In this document: positions 20,324 through 28,722 of the stretch, piece by piece | Layout of the letters: the number at the start of each line of letters is the position of its first letter | Position numbering within the stretch: the first letter of the stretch is position 1 | IMG/VR virus record: IMGVR_UViG_3300032287_003559 | Coordinates: 96,001-160,000 of that record | Length of the DNA stretch: 64,000 nt | Strand: one strand, 5' to 3' | Origin: a virus | Made by a program: the position numbers and the translations under genes | The notes under the pieces: model-generated | Told to the model about the DNA's origin: nothing | Database searches by the model: none | The model's input: the letters and a program-made list of their open reading frames with translations, nothing else

Positions 20324-20811
20324 AACCAACACCACCACCAAAAAATGACATCCCTTTGTGTGGTGTTGAATTAATTAAATCTTTTGAGGGATGTCGTTTA
20401 AATGCATATCCTGATCCATTAACCGGAGGTCTTCCAATCACAATCGGTTGGGGGAGTACAAAAGATTTTGATCGAACTCCTTTTAAGATGGGTAAAGTGA
20501 TTACTCAAAAGTATGCAGACACTCTACTTGAGTTTGAGTTAAGAAATAGATACCTTCCTTCCCTACAAAAAATACCATATTGGGACGAAATGAATGAAAA
20601 TCAAAGAGGGGCTTTGCTTTGCTTTGCTTACAATCTTGGTGCAGATTTTTATGGTAATTCTAACTTCAGTACTATTACAAGGATCTTAAAGAATAGGGAA
20701 TGGAATAAAGTTCCTGATGCACTATACCTTTACCGTAATCCAGGAACTAAAGTTGAAGCAGGATTAGTAAGAAGAAGAGTTGCTGAAGGAAATCTTTGGT
20801 CTAGACCATAA
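20320..20811 (+). CDS. GH24/T4-type lysozyme domain, probably reached by -1 frameshift from the peptidase
   Basis: IKSFEG.RL.AY.D....TIGWG, AL..FAYNLG, GLVRRR.AE; the -1 frame is open through AAAAAAG (20314-20320) and has only a TTG start. Confidence 0.88.
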   Translation, partial: VEPTPPPKNDIPLCGVELIKSFEGCRLNAYPDPLTGGLPITIGWGSTKDFDRTPFKMGKVITQKYADTLLEFELRNRYLPSLQKIPYWDEMNENQRGALLCFAYNLGADFYGNSNFSTITRILKNREWNKVPDALYLYRNPGTKVEAGLVRRRVAEGNLWSRP

Positions 20812-21142
20812 AAGGAACTGCTACACCTTCATTAATCATTCTTTCATTTACCGTGACTGGATCTCCTACAAAATAAAGAGTTCCAAGTATTCTTCCGTAC
20901 TTATCTTCTTTTGTAGTCTCAATAATCCATTCACCTTCTTTTGCGAGTTCTTTTTTTAACCATTCTTTTGCTGCAAGACCTCTTTCTTTTTCTTCTATGT
21001 CCAAAGTTCTTGTTTCTGCGGCATTAATACCTTTAAGGCGAACTCTTTGAGATAAGGTAATTCCAAATCCCAAATCAATATCAACGTCAACTGTATCACC
21101 ATCAATGATTCTTTTGATTTTCTTTATTTTGTATTGATACAT
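20801..21142 (-). CDS. thermonuclease (SNase)-family protein
   Basis: IIDGDTVD, RVRLKGINAAE, DKYGRILG. Confidence 0.88.
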   Translation of the reverse strand: MYQYKIKKIKRIIDGDTVDVDIDLGFGITLSQRVRLKGINAAETRTLDIEEKERGLAAKEWLKKELAKEGEWIIETTKEDKYGRILGTLYFVGDPVTVNERMINEGVAVPFMV

Positions 21143-21242
21143 TTTCTTGATTTGCAATGAGTAATATTTTATAAATGACCCAAGCGACTCCTATGAGTCC
21201 AATACCCAATAGTATATTTACACTCCAGACTACCTCTTTCAT
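21102..21242 (-). CDS. 46-aa single-TM hypothetical protein
   Basis: MKEVVWSVNILLGIGLIGVAWVIYKILL...; ATGA overlap with upstream ORF. Confidence 0.55.
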   Translation of the reverse strand: MKEVVWSVNILLGIGLIGVAWVIYKILLIANQENVSIQNKENQKNH

Positions 21243-21430
21243 TTTCCCTCTTGGCGATGTATCCAAGTTTTAAGTTCATGTAAATATTGTCTAAGCATGT
21301 CTGCTTTTTGCAGATGCCAAGTATCGCCACTCTTAAAGTACTCTTGAGTGTGATTGTCTATTGCTTTAAGGATATTGTGGATGGGAGCATTCCAAGGAGC
21401 TCTTTCATCCGTGTTCCATTCTCTGGGCAT
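21239..21430 (-). CDS. hypothetical protein
   Basis: 63-aa ORF in the minus-strand mini-operon. Confidence 0.65.
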   Translation of the reverse strand: MPREWNTDERAPWNAPIHNILKAIDNHTQEYFKSGDTWHLQKADMLRQYLHELKTWIHRQEGK

Positions 21431-21433
21431 ATA

Positions 21434-21535
21434 TCACTTTTTCTTACCTCCATTCTTTGCCTTTTTCGCAGTCGCATTACCTTGATTCTGCTTTGAAGGT
21501 CCTTTCTTGGACTTCTTGTTGGGCGACTTAGACAT
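21434..21535 (-). CDS. 33-aa Lys-rich basic peptide
   Basis: MSKSPNKKSKKGPSKQNQGNATAKKAKNGGKKK. Confidence 0.5.
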   Translation of the reverse strand: MSKSPNKKSKKGPSKQNQGNATAKKAKNGGKKK

Positions 21536-21603
21536 TTTAGTTTTTATATTTAAATATTTATGTTAGAATAAATATAGTAAAAGATAAGCAGATAGTATTA
21601 TAA

Positions 21604-23964
21604 GTGGCACTCAAAAAACCGTCAGACCTATTTAATAAAAAAGAATCTTCTGGAGTTTTCGATCGTTTAGAAGTATCTATGGATATTTCAGAAACTTATG
21701 ATCGTTTTCGTGATAACTTAGATAGAGTTAATGTTTTATCTGAAAAAGTAGAAGAACTATCCAACCAACTATCTCAAAAATTGGATAGAGATGATCTTGA
21801 GAATGCAATGCTATCTCAGTTGATGATTCTTGATGAAAATTTTAAATCTTTTCAGAATCAAATTAAGGGATTAAACAAAGAAGATTTAAAAGAGTTTAAA
21901 TCAACAGTTTTAAGTCTTACTGAAATTGTTGAAGAACTTTTTGAAAAAGAACTTCCAAGATACAAAAAACAAGTTACCAATACAGATATTCGTATTGGCG
22001 AAAAGTTTGATGATCTAAAAAAAGAAGTAAAAGAAAATATTATTAGCATTAAAGAAGATGTAGATTCTAAGGTAGAAAATATCGCTGAAGTAATTGATAA
22101 TAATTTAGAATATTTTAACCGACAACTTGAAGAAACATCTTTAGAAGTTAAGGAGAATATTAAAGAAACCAAGGATAGTTATCATAAACTCTATGATCTT
22201 CAGAATAAATTAGAAACATCTGTTGATTTATCTTTAGATGATTATCGTAAAGAACTTTCTGTTGCGAAGGCAGATATTCTAATTAATGATCAGCACATCA
22301 AAAATGTAGATCGATATATTCAAGAATATCATCAAGAACTTATTGAACTTAAAGAAGAAGTTTTTGATGAACTTGAAAAACTTCCAGTTGGAAATATTCA
22401 AGAAAATATTAAAAGACTTGAAAAGAAGATTGACTATATTAAAGAGACATATTCTAGAATTGAACCGGAAGTTATTGTAAAGGAAGTCATTAAGGAAGGA
22501 CTTCTTAATGAACCGCCAGAAACACAAAATACTGATTCATTAACGCCATTAAATAAAAACTTTGTTACCCTAGATCAGCTTCAGGAACACTATAGATTAT
22601 TCATTAATCGTATTCAACAGCAACTCTCTACATTAGGTGGAGGTGGTGAGACTCGTCTTGAATTTTTAGATGATGTTGATAGAAACTCTGTAAATCAAAA
22701 TGGTTATGTTCTTCAATATAATTCTGCTCAAGGAAAGTTCATTGGGACAAGTTATATTTCTGGAAGTGGAATAGGATCCTTTACTCAACTTCAAGTTGCT
22801 GGCGTATCTACCTTTACTGCTGGTCCAGTTTTAATTGGATCTGGTACTTCTACAGGAACGGCAACACAGAGACTTCAAGTTACTGGTGGTGGTTATGTTT
22901 CTGGTAATCTTGGTATTGGGACCACAAATCCAATACAAAAAGTCGAAGTTATTAGTACAGATACTGATATTGTTAGGATTAGAGGAGCAAGTTCTGGAGT
23001 TCGTTTTCAGTCCAATCCTAGTTCAATGGACATTATTTCTCATAATGGAAGTGATACTGGTACTAGGAATTTATTTATTAGACAATACTCTCAATCGGTT
23101 GGAATATTATTAGATACAAATAATAATGTTGGTATTGGGACTACAAATCCATTAGCACTTTTGCAAGTTGGTGCTGGAACATCTGCAGTTGTTGTAACTG
23201 GTATTGGATCTGTTGGTATTGGGACTACAACTCCCGGTGCAATGTTAAATGTGAATGCACCGAGTGCGTTTGTGGGGAACCTGCTGGATTTGCAGGTTAA
23301 TGGGACGAGACAGGTAAGTGCGAATAGCTCAGGCGTGATACGGTTAAAGCAATTACAGGCATCAAGTGCAGTAAGCAATGCTTGCAGCGCCGTAAACCTT
23401 GATTATTTTGGGACCGGAAACGCTGTTGGCGTTGCATTTGGCAGGGAAGACGGAACATACTACGCAGCCCTGGGCCAGTTTAGCTTTGGCGCGCCTACTT
23501 GGGCCTTTTCCAGCACCCTTCTGCTTTCGTGGACGAACGGCACGGCAACTGGGGGCACGGCCGATCTCACCATTACTCGCGACGCCGCCAACACCCTCGC
23601 CCAGCGCAACGGCACTAACGCACAAGTCTTCCGGGTCTATAACACATACACTTCAGCATCACAATACGAAAGAGCATATCTGGGTTGGAACAATAATATA
23701 TTCCAAATAGGTGTTGATACTGCTGGTATTTCTACAGCAAGACAAATGGAATTCCAGACTGATGGAATCACTAGAGTTGCTATTAGTACTATCGGTTCTG
23801 TTGGTATTGGGACTACAACACCAACATCAACACTTCAGGTAATCGGTGACGCTCGCATTGGAATCAATACCTCTCAAGGAATTATTTTAACTTCTCCAAA
23901 TGGAACAAGATATCGTTTAATAGTTGATAATAGTGGAGTTATAAGTACAGTTCTTGCGCCCTAA
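21604..23964 (+). CDS. fibre-like virion protein (N-terminal coiled coil + GIGTT repeats)
   Basis: Long heptad-rich region, LSTLGGGGETRL junction, repeated VGIGTT motifs; ATAAATA late promoter upstream. Confidence 0.7.
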   Translation: MALKKPSDLFNKKESSGVFDRLEVSMDISETYDRFRDNLDRVNVLSEKVEELSNQLSQKLDRDDLENAMLSQLMILDENFKSFQNQIKGLNKEDLKEFKSTVLSLTEIVEELFEKELPRYKKQVTNTDIRIGEKFDDLKKEVKENIISIKEDVDSKVENIAEVIDNNLEYFNRQLEETSLEVKENIKETKDSYHKLYDLQNKLETSVDLSLDDYRKELSVAKADILINDQHIKNVDRYIQEYHQELIELKEEVFDELEKLPVGNIQENIKRLEKKIDYIKETYSRIEPEVIVKEVIKEGLLNEPPETQNTDSLTPLNKNFVTLDQLQEHYRLFINRIQQQLSTLGGGGETRLEFLDDVDRNSVNQNGYVLQYNSAQGKFIGTSYISGSGIGSFTQLQVAGVSTFTAGPVLIGSGTSTGTATQRLQVTGGGYVSGNLGIGTTNPIQKVEVISTDTDIVRIRGASSGVRFQSNPSSMDIISHNGSDTGTRNLFIRQYSQSVGILLDTNNNVGIGTTNPLALLQVGAGTSAVVVTGIGSVGIGTTTPGAMLNVNAPSAFVGNLLDLQVNGTRQVSANSSGVIRLKQLQASSAVSNACSAVNLDYFGTGNAVGVAFGREDGTYYAALGQFSFGAPTWAFSSTLLLSWTNGTATGGTADLTITRDAANTLAQRNGTNAQVFRVYNTYTSASQYERAYLGWNNNIFQIGVDTAGISTARQMEFQTDGITRVAISTIGSVGIGTTTPTSTLQVIGDARIGINTSQGIILTSPNGTRYRLIVDNSGVISTVLAP
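23209..23819 (+). repeat. 23-nt exact direct repeats flanking a GC-rich segment
   Basis: TCTGTTGGTATTGGGACTACAAC at 23209-23231 and 23797-23819. Confidence 0.85.
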
Positions 23965-23969
23965 GGGGG

Positions 23970-24003
23970 TTGACAGATTCGTAAAGGACTGTTACAATAA
24001 ATA
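23970..24003 (+). promoter_or_regulatory. psbA early promoter plus late promoter
   Basis: TTGACA-17-TACAAT overlapping ATAAATA. Confidence 0.75.
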
Positions 24004-24044
24004 CATCAACAAGTTAAGAAATGTAACTGTTCTTAATGTTGTCC

Positions 24045-24145
24045 TCTTCCTAACCGAGACCTATGGGGAGGTTAAACACAGTCTCTCATATCCACACTGG
24101 AGGGTGGTGTGGAGCATACTGATACCTGTTCGTCCCCCCGAACTT
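24045..24145 (+). ncRNA. PhotoRC-II-like structured psbA leader RNA
   Basis: CCTAACCGAGACCTATGGGG...GTCTCTCATATCC...GAGGG...GGA arrangement (GAGAC/GTCTC pairing) in the psbA 5'UTR. Confidence 0.65.
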
Positions 24146-24164
24146 CTATCTAACACTCTTACAA

Positions 24165-25455
24165 ATGACTGCTTCAATTGCTCAACAACGACAACTTAAT
24201 ACTTGGGACCAGTTCTGTGACTGGGTTACTTCAACGAACAACCGACTTTATGTTGGTTGGTCGGGAACTATTATGATTCCGTGTCTTCTTGCTGCTACTG
24301 CATGTTTTATTCTTGCATTTATCGCAGCACCGCCGACAGACATTGATGGAATTAGGGAACCAGTTGCTGGTTCTCTTATGTGGGGAAACAATATTATCTC
24401 TGGTGCTGTTGTTCCTTCGTCCAATGCGATTGGACTACACTTTTATCCAATCTGGGAAGCACAATCTCTAGATGAATGGGCATATAATGGAGGTGAATAC
24501 CAACTCATTGTTTTCCACTTCCTTATTGGTATTTGGATGTATGCTATGCGAGAGTGGGAACTCTCTTATCGTCTTGGTATGCGTCCATGGATTTTTGTTG
24601 CCTATTCTGCTCCTGCTATTGCTGCAACTGCCGTATTTCTCCTTTATCCAATTGGACAAGGAAGTTTTAGTGATGGTATGCCTCTTGGTATTTCTGGAAC
24701 CTTTAACTTTATGCTTGTATTCCAAGCAGAGCACAACATCTTGATGCACCCATTTCATATGATGGGAGTTGCGGGTGTATTTGGTGGTGCCTTTGCTGGA
24801 GCAATGCACGGTTCTTTGGTTACTTCTTCACTTGTTCGTGAGACGACTGAAACTGAATCTCAAAACTATGGATATAAGTTTGGTCAGGAAGAGGAAACAT
24901 ATAATATTGTTGCTGCACACGGATATTTCGGTCGTTTGATTTTTCAATACGCATCATTTAATAACTCCCGTTCTCTGCACTTCTTTCTTGCTGCACTTCC
25001 AGTAATTGGTATTTGGTTTACTTCTCTTGGTATTGCTACTATGAGTTATAATCTTAACGGATTTAATTTTGTTCAAAGTATTACTGATCACCAGGGACGA
25101 GTAATTAAAACCTGGGCAGATGTGCTAAATGGGGCAAATCTTGGAATAGAAGTAATGCATGAGCGTAGATTTGGGTATTGCGTTCTTTAAATCGGATGAA
25201 TTGCTGGAAACCCCAAGTGGGCAATCAGCAGCCAAGTCCAAAGTACACTTTGGAAAGGTTCAGAGACTACCTGAGGAATAAAGTTTCCTTAATAACAGGC
25301 ACGAGCGTCCGACACCAGAAATGGTGATGATATAGTCCAATCCTGGTAGTAATACCAGAAAACCAAAGGAATAAAAGAATGCCCATAATTTTCCTTTGGA
25401 CCTTGCATCAGTTGAAGCAACTCCTGTTGCCTTGACTGCTCCAACCATCGGGTGA
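24165..25455 (+). CDS. psbA: photosystem II D1 (exons 24165-25166 and 25378-25455; 359 aa spliced), highly divergent
   Basis: D1 sequence to ...EVMHER, resuming [10 protein letters not shown]...APTIG after the intron. Confidence 0.97.
25167..25377 (+). mobile_element. group I intron (211 nt) after psbA codon 334
   Basis: Exon ends in U and intron ends in G. IGS GGGTATTGCGTTC pairs with exon-1 GAGCGT (P1) and exon-2 AATGCCC (P10). Core elements AATTGCTGGAAA, AATCAGCAG, GTTCAGAGACTA, GATATAGTCC. Confidence 0.95.
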
Positions 25456-25461
25456 TATAAT

Positions 25462-25491
25462 AAAGGGGAACTCTTCGGAGTTCCTTTTTTT
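25462..25491 (+). terminator. psbA terminator followed by late promoter TATAAATA (25491-25498)
   Basis: GGAACTC-TTCG-GAGTTCC + T run. Confidence 0.85.
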
Positions 25492-25521
25492 ATAAATAAT
25501 TATGCACGAAAGAAAACACGA

Positions 25522-25950
25522 ATGACTAAACTATACTCTGAACTTTATAGAACTTGTATGACCTGCGGTAAAGAAAAACTTGCTACGGATTTTTATGTGA
25601 GAAATAAAGTTTCTATGGTTCGCCATTCATCTTGTAAAGAGTGTGATAAAATAAGAGTTAAAAAAAGACATCAAGATAATCCTGAACGCACAAGAAATAA
25701 TGACCTAAAAAGGAATTATGGCATAACTCTCCAAGAACATCAGCAAATGTTTGAGGAACAAAAAGGAGTTTGTGCTATTTGTAAAGGTGAAGGTGATGGT
25801 AAGTGGAAAAAACTTTGTGTAGACCACGACCATAAAACTGGAAAGGTTCGTCAATTACTTTGTAGAAATTGTAATATGGTATTGGGTCAGGTTGGAGATA
25901 ATATAAATCTCTTAGAAGAAATGATTAAATACCTACAGAAACATCAATAA
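25522..25950 (+). CDS. free-standing endonuclease VII-type homing endonuclease (F-CphI-like)
   Basis: YGIT...Q.G.CAIC...VDHDHKTGKVR.LLC..CN..LG; lies directly after psbA. Confidence 0.88.
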   Translation: MTKLYSELYRTCMTCGKEKLATDFYVRNKVSMVRHSSCKECDKIRVKKRHQDNPERTRNNDLKRNYGITLQEHQQMFEEQKGVCAICKGEGDGKWKKLCVDHDHKTGKVRQLLCRNCNMVLGQVGDNINLLEEMIKYLQKHQ

Positions 25951-25951
25951 A

Positions 25952-26026
25952 ATGTTCTTCATCTTAACAGTTTTCATACTTTTCGGTGTCTTTATGTTTA
26001 TAATGTCTCTTACTCAAGATTTATAA
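25952..26026 (+). CDS. 24-aa hydrophobic peptide
   Basis: MFFILTVFILFGVFMFIMSLTQDL. Confidence 0.35.
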   Translation: MFFILTVFILFGVFMFIMSLTQDL

Positions 26027-26027
26027 T

Positions 26028-26147
26028 ATGTCTCATAATAATCAACACGAACCTATGGAACCCTGGGTCTTTTGGGCTGGTATGGGTATTATGATGTTTA
26101 CAGTTATTATTTTTGTTGTATTCACCCTTTCCATGATGTATTGGTGA
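26028..26147 (+). CDS. 39-aa single-TM peptide
   Basis: MSHNNQHEPMEPWVFWAGMGIMMFTVIIFVVFTLSMMYW. Confidence 0.5.
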   Translation: MSHNNQHEPMEPWVFWAGMGIMMFTVIIFVVFTLSMMYW

Positions 26148-26185
26148 TAATATGTTCGATTCATAACAAAATCTCACACTTAACC

Positions 26186-26223
26186 AAGAACTCATTATAA
26201 TTAGCAATGAGTTCTTTCTTTTT
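26186..26223 (+). terminator. hairpin/terminator upstream of talC
   Basis: AAGAACTCATT...AATGAGTTCTT + T-rich tail. Confidence 0.55.
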
Positions 26224-26225
26224 GT

Positions 26226-26891
26226 ATGAAGATCTTTCTAGATACAGCAGACGTTTCACTTATCAGTTCAGCATACGACACGGGATTACTTGATGGAGTC
26301 ACTACAAATCCCACTCTAATCCTCAAAAGTGGCAGACAACTTCAAGAAGTTATTAATGAGATTGCAAATATATTCCCAGAGTTAGAAAGCATTTCGGCAG
26401 AAGTCGTTGCAGATACTGCAGAGGAAATGCTTACAGAAGCAAAGTATTATTACACAATTTCTCCAAGCGTTACTATCAAAGTTCCTTGTACTGTAGAAGG
26501 ACTGAAGGCATGTAAGTTCCTATCAAAGCAAGGTATTAAAACAAACGTAACCTTGGTGTTCTCAGTCGCACAGGCAATTCTTGCATCAAAAGCAGGAGCA
26601 ACATTCATCTCACCATTCGTAGGTCGTTGGATGGATAACTCAATTGATGGTATTGAGTTGATTAAAAATATTCGTAAGGTATTTGACCGTTCAGGTACAA
26701 CCACACAGATTCTTGCAGCATCTCTTCGTGATGTAAGGCAGGTAGAACAATCTGCTCTTAATGGCGCAGATGTGGTTACAATTCCTCCAGTAGTATTCTG
26801 GGCAATGTATAAGAACATTATGACTGAAAAGGGACTGGAGTTATTCCAAAGGGATTGGGAGGAAGTTCTTAAGTCTAAAGGGGAAAAATGA
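26226..26891 (+). CDS. talC: phage-type transaldolase
   Basis: IFLDTAD, GVTTNPTL, TIKVP, NVTLVFS, SPFVGR, ILAASLR. Confidence 0.96.
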   Translation: MKIFLDTADVSLISSAYDTGLLDGVTTNPTLILKSGRQLQEVINEIANIFPELESISAEVVADTAEEMLTEAKYYYTISPSVTIKVPCTVEGLKACKFLSKQGIKTNVTLVFSVAQAILASKAGATFISPFVGRWMDNSIDGIELIKNIRKVFDRSGTTTQILAASLRDVRQVEQSALNGADVVTIPPVVFWAMYKNIMTEKGLELFQRDWEEVLKSKGEK

Positions 26892-27388
26892 AAAAGTTTA
26901 ACGATATAGTTTTATCGGTTACGATTGGAATCATAGATTTCCTGTATCGTAATCATCCAATACAAAGATTCTGGGTGCTTGAGACTATTGCACGAGCACC
27001 ATACTTTGCATTTTTAAGTGTTCTTCATTTGAAAGAATCATTAGGATTAAGGGGAGAAGACCACTTATACCTTATGAAAGAACACTTTGCTCAGACAGTA
27101 AATGAAACTGAACATCTGGAGTATATGGAAAGCATCGGTGGTGCTGATCGTTGGGTGGATCGTTTATTCGCTTGGCACTTGGTTCTGGTCTATTACTGGA
27201 TTATGGTTGGTTACTATTTTGTTGATGCTGTGGATGCTTACCATATAAATGCAGGTATTGAACTGCACGCAACTAAAACTTATCTAAATTACCTCTGGGA
27301 ACATCCAGACGATAAAAAGATTGCTAGTATTGCCGCTGATGAAATGAATCACTATATTGAACTCACACGGGCTATGGAATTAGTTTGA
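26888..27388 (+). CDS. ptox: plastoquinol terminal oxidase
   Basis: RFWVLETIARAPYF, NETEHL, E.HA..TY, DEMNH di-iron motifs. Confidence 0.93.
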   Translation: MKKFNDIVLSVTIGIIDFLYRNHPIQRFWVLETIARAPYFAFLSVLHLKESLGLRGEDHLYLMKEHFAQTVNETEHLEYMESIGGADRWVDRLFAWHLVLVYYWIMVGYYFVDAVDAYHINAGIELHATKTYLNYLWEHPDDKKIASIAADEMNHYIELTRAMELV

Positions 27389-28713
27389 TGAAAAATATAA
27401 TAATCTTTGGTGCAACAGGAGACCTATGCCGTAGGAAACTAATTCCTGCTCTTTATGAGCTGCATAAGAAGAATCTACTTTCAGAAGATTTTGTGATTAC
27501 TGGAGCATCCAGAACACAACACAGTAAGCAGAGTTGGTTACACACGCTTGGTTCTTATCCAGAAGATTTCATTAATCGCTTGGATTATGTTGTTTGTGAT
27601 TTGTCTGATGCAGAAAGTCTAAAGAAACTGAATATGGGAGAAGATGCAACATTCTTTCTCTCAGTTCCTCCAGAACGATATGGTGATGCAGTTCTCAGTT
27701 TGAAATCAACAGGTTTCATTGATGATCCGAAAACTAGTAGGATCATTATTGAAAAGCCTTTTGGATATAATCTACAATCTGCAGAAGAACTGCAAGTAAT
27801 TGTAGAAGAAAATCTTCGTGAAAATCAGGTTTATCGTATTGACCATTATCTTGGAAAGGATACAGTCAATAACATTCTTGCTACAAGGTTCAGTAATATT
27901 CTTCTTGAACCTCTGTGGAATCGTGATTATGTTGAGGAGGTTCAAATCTTTGCAACTGAAACGATTGGTTGTGAAGGACGAGCACAGTATTATGAAACTG
28001 CTGGTGCTGTAAGAGATATGTTACAGAACCATATGCTTCAATTGCTTGCCCTGATTGCGATGGAAGCACCTTGTAAGAATAATGCAAAGGAGATTCGTAG
28101 AGAGAAGGTCAAAGTTCTTTCTGCAGCACGTCTTGGAACTAAACTGGTCTGCGGTCAGTATTCTGGATATAAGAATGAAAGTGGTGTAGACTACAACTCC
28201 CAGACTCCTACATTCGTTGCTGGTGATATTTACATTGATAATTGGAGATGGCAGGGAGTTCCTTTCTACTTTATGACTGGTAAGAAACTACCAGTATCTT
28301 GCGTTGAGGTTGTAATCAAACTTAAAGCACCACCAGTTCGTTTATTTGGCGAACATCAATATAATGATCGTATTGTGATGAGGTTCCAACCAGATCCTCA
28401 TTTTGATATTCAGATCGATATTAAATCTCCTGGACTTGATGATAAGATTGAAACTGCTATCTTGAAACATAATTATCCTGAAGGTGCTATTGATGGATAT
28501 GTAAAACTTTTTTATGATGCGGTCAATCAAGACCAATCACATTTTGTTCATTCAGAAGAAGTGCTAGAATCCTGGAGAATTGTTGATGAACTTCTTTGTG
28601 TTGGGGATTCTTGTCCTATCAACACAAGACCTTATTCTTATTCTGGAACTTGGGGTCCAGAGAAACAAATACAAAAAATTACTAAGTGGGATTATCCACT
28701 AAAACTTGTTTAG
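27388..28713 (+). CDS. zwf: glucose-6-phosphate dehydrogenase
   Basis: GATGDL, EKPFG, RIDHYLGK, RDMLQNH. Confidence 0.97.
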   Translation: MKNIIIFGATGDLCRRKLIPALYELHKKNLLSEDFVITGASRTQHSKQSWLHTLGSYPEDFINRLDYVVCDLSDAESLKKLNMGEDATFFLSVPPERYGDAVLSLKSTGFIDDPKTSRIIIEKPFGYNLQSAEELQVIVEENLRENQVYRIDHYLGKDTVNNILATRFSNILLEPLWNRDYVEEVQIFATETIGCEGRAQYYETAGAVRDMLQNHMLQLLALIAMEAPCKNNAKEIRREKVKVLSAARLGTKLVCGQYSGYKNESGVDYNSQTPTFVAGDIYIDNWRWQGVPFYFMTGKKLPVSCVEVVIKLKAPPVRLFGEHQYNDRIVMRFQPDPHFDIQIDIKSPGLDDKIETAILKHNYPEGAIDGYVKLFYDAVNQDQSHFVHSEEVLESWRIVDELLCVGDSCPINTRPYSYSGTWGPEKQIQKITKWDYPLKLV

Positions 28714-28722
28714 GAGAAAGTT

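Noticed and set aside
23362-23710. Alternative-frame ORFs in the GC-rich fibre segment
   Set aside because: Expected from stop-codon scarcity in GC-rich DNA; the main frame is continuous
24165-25190. psbA as a truncated pseudogene ending RFGYCVL
   Set aside because: The odd tail is read-through into a group I intron; splicing restores the normal C-terminus
24165-25455. Chlorophyll f synthase or rogue D1
   Set aside because: All Mn4CaO5 ligands and the A344 processing site are intact
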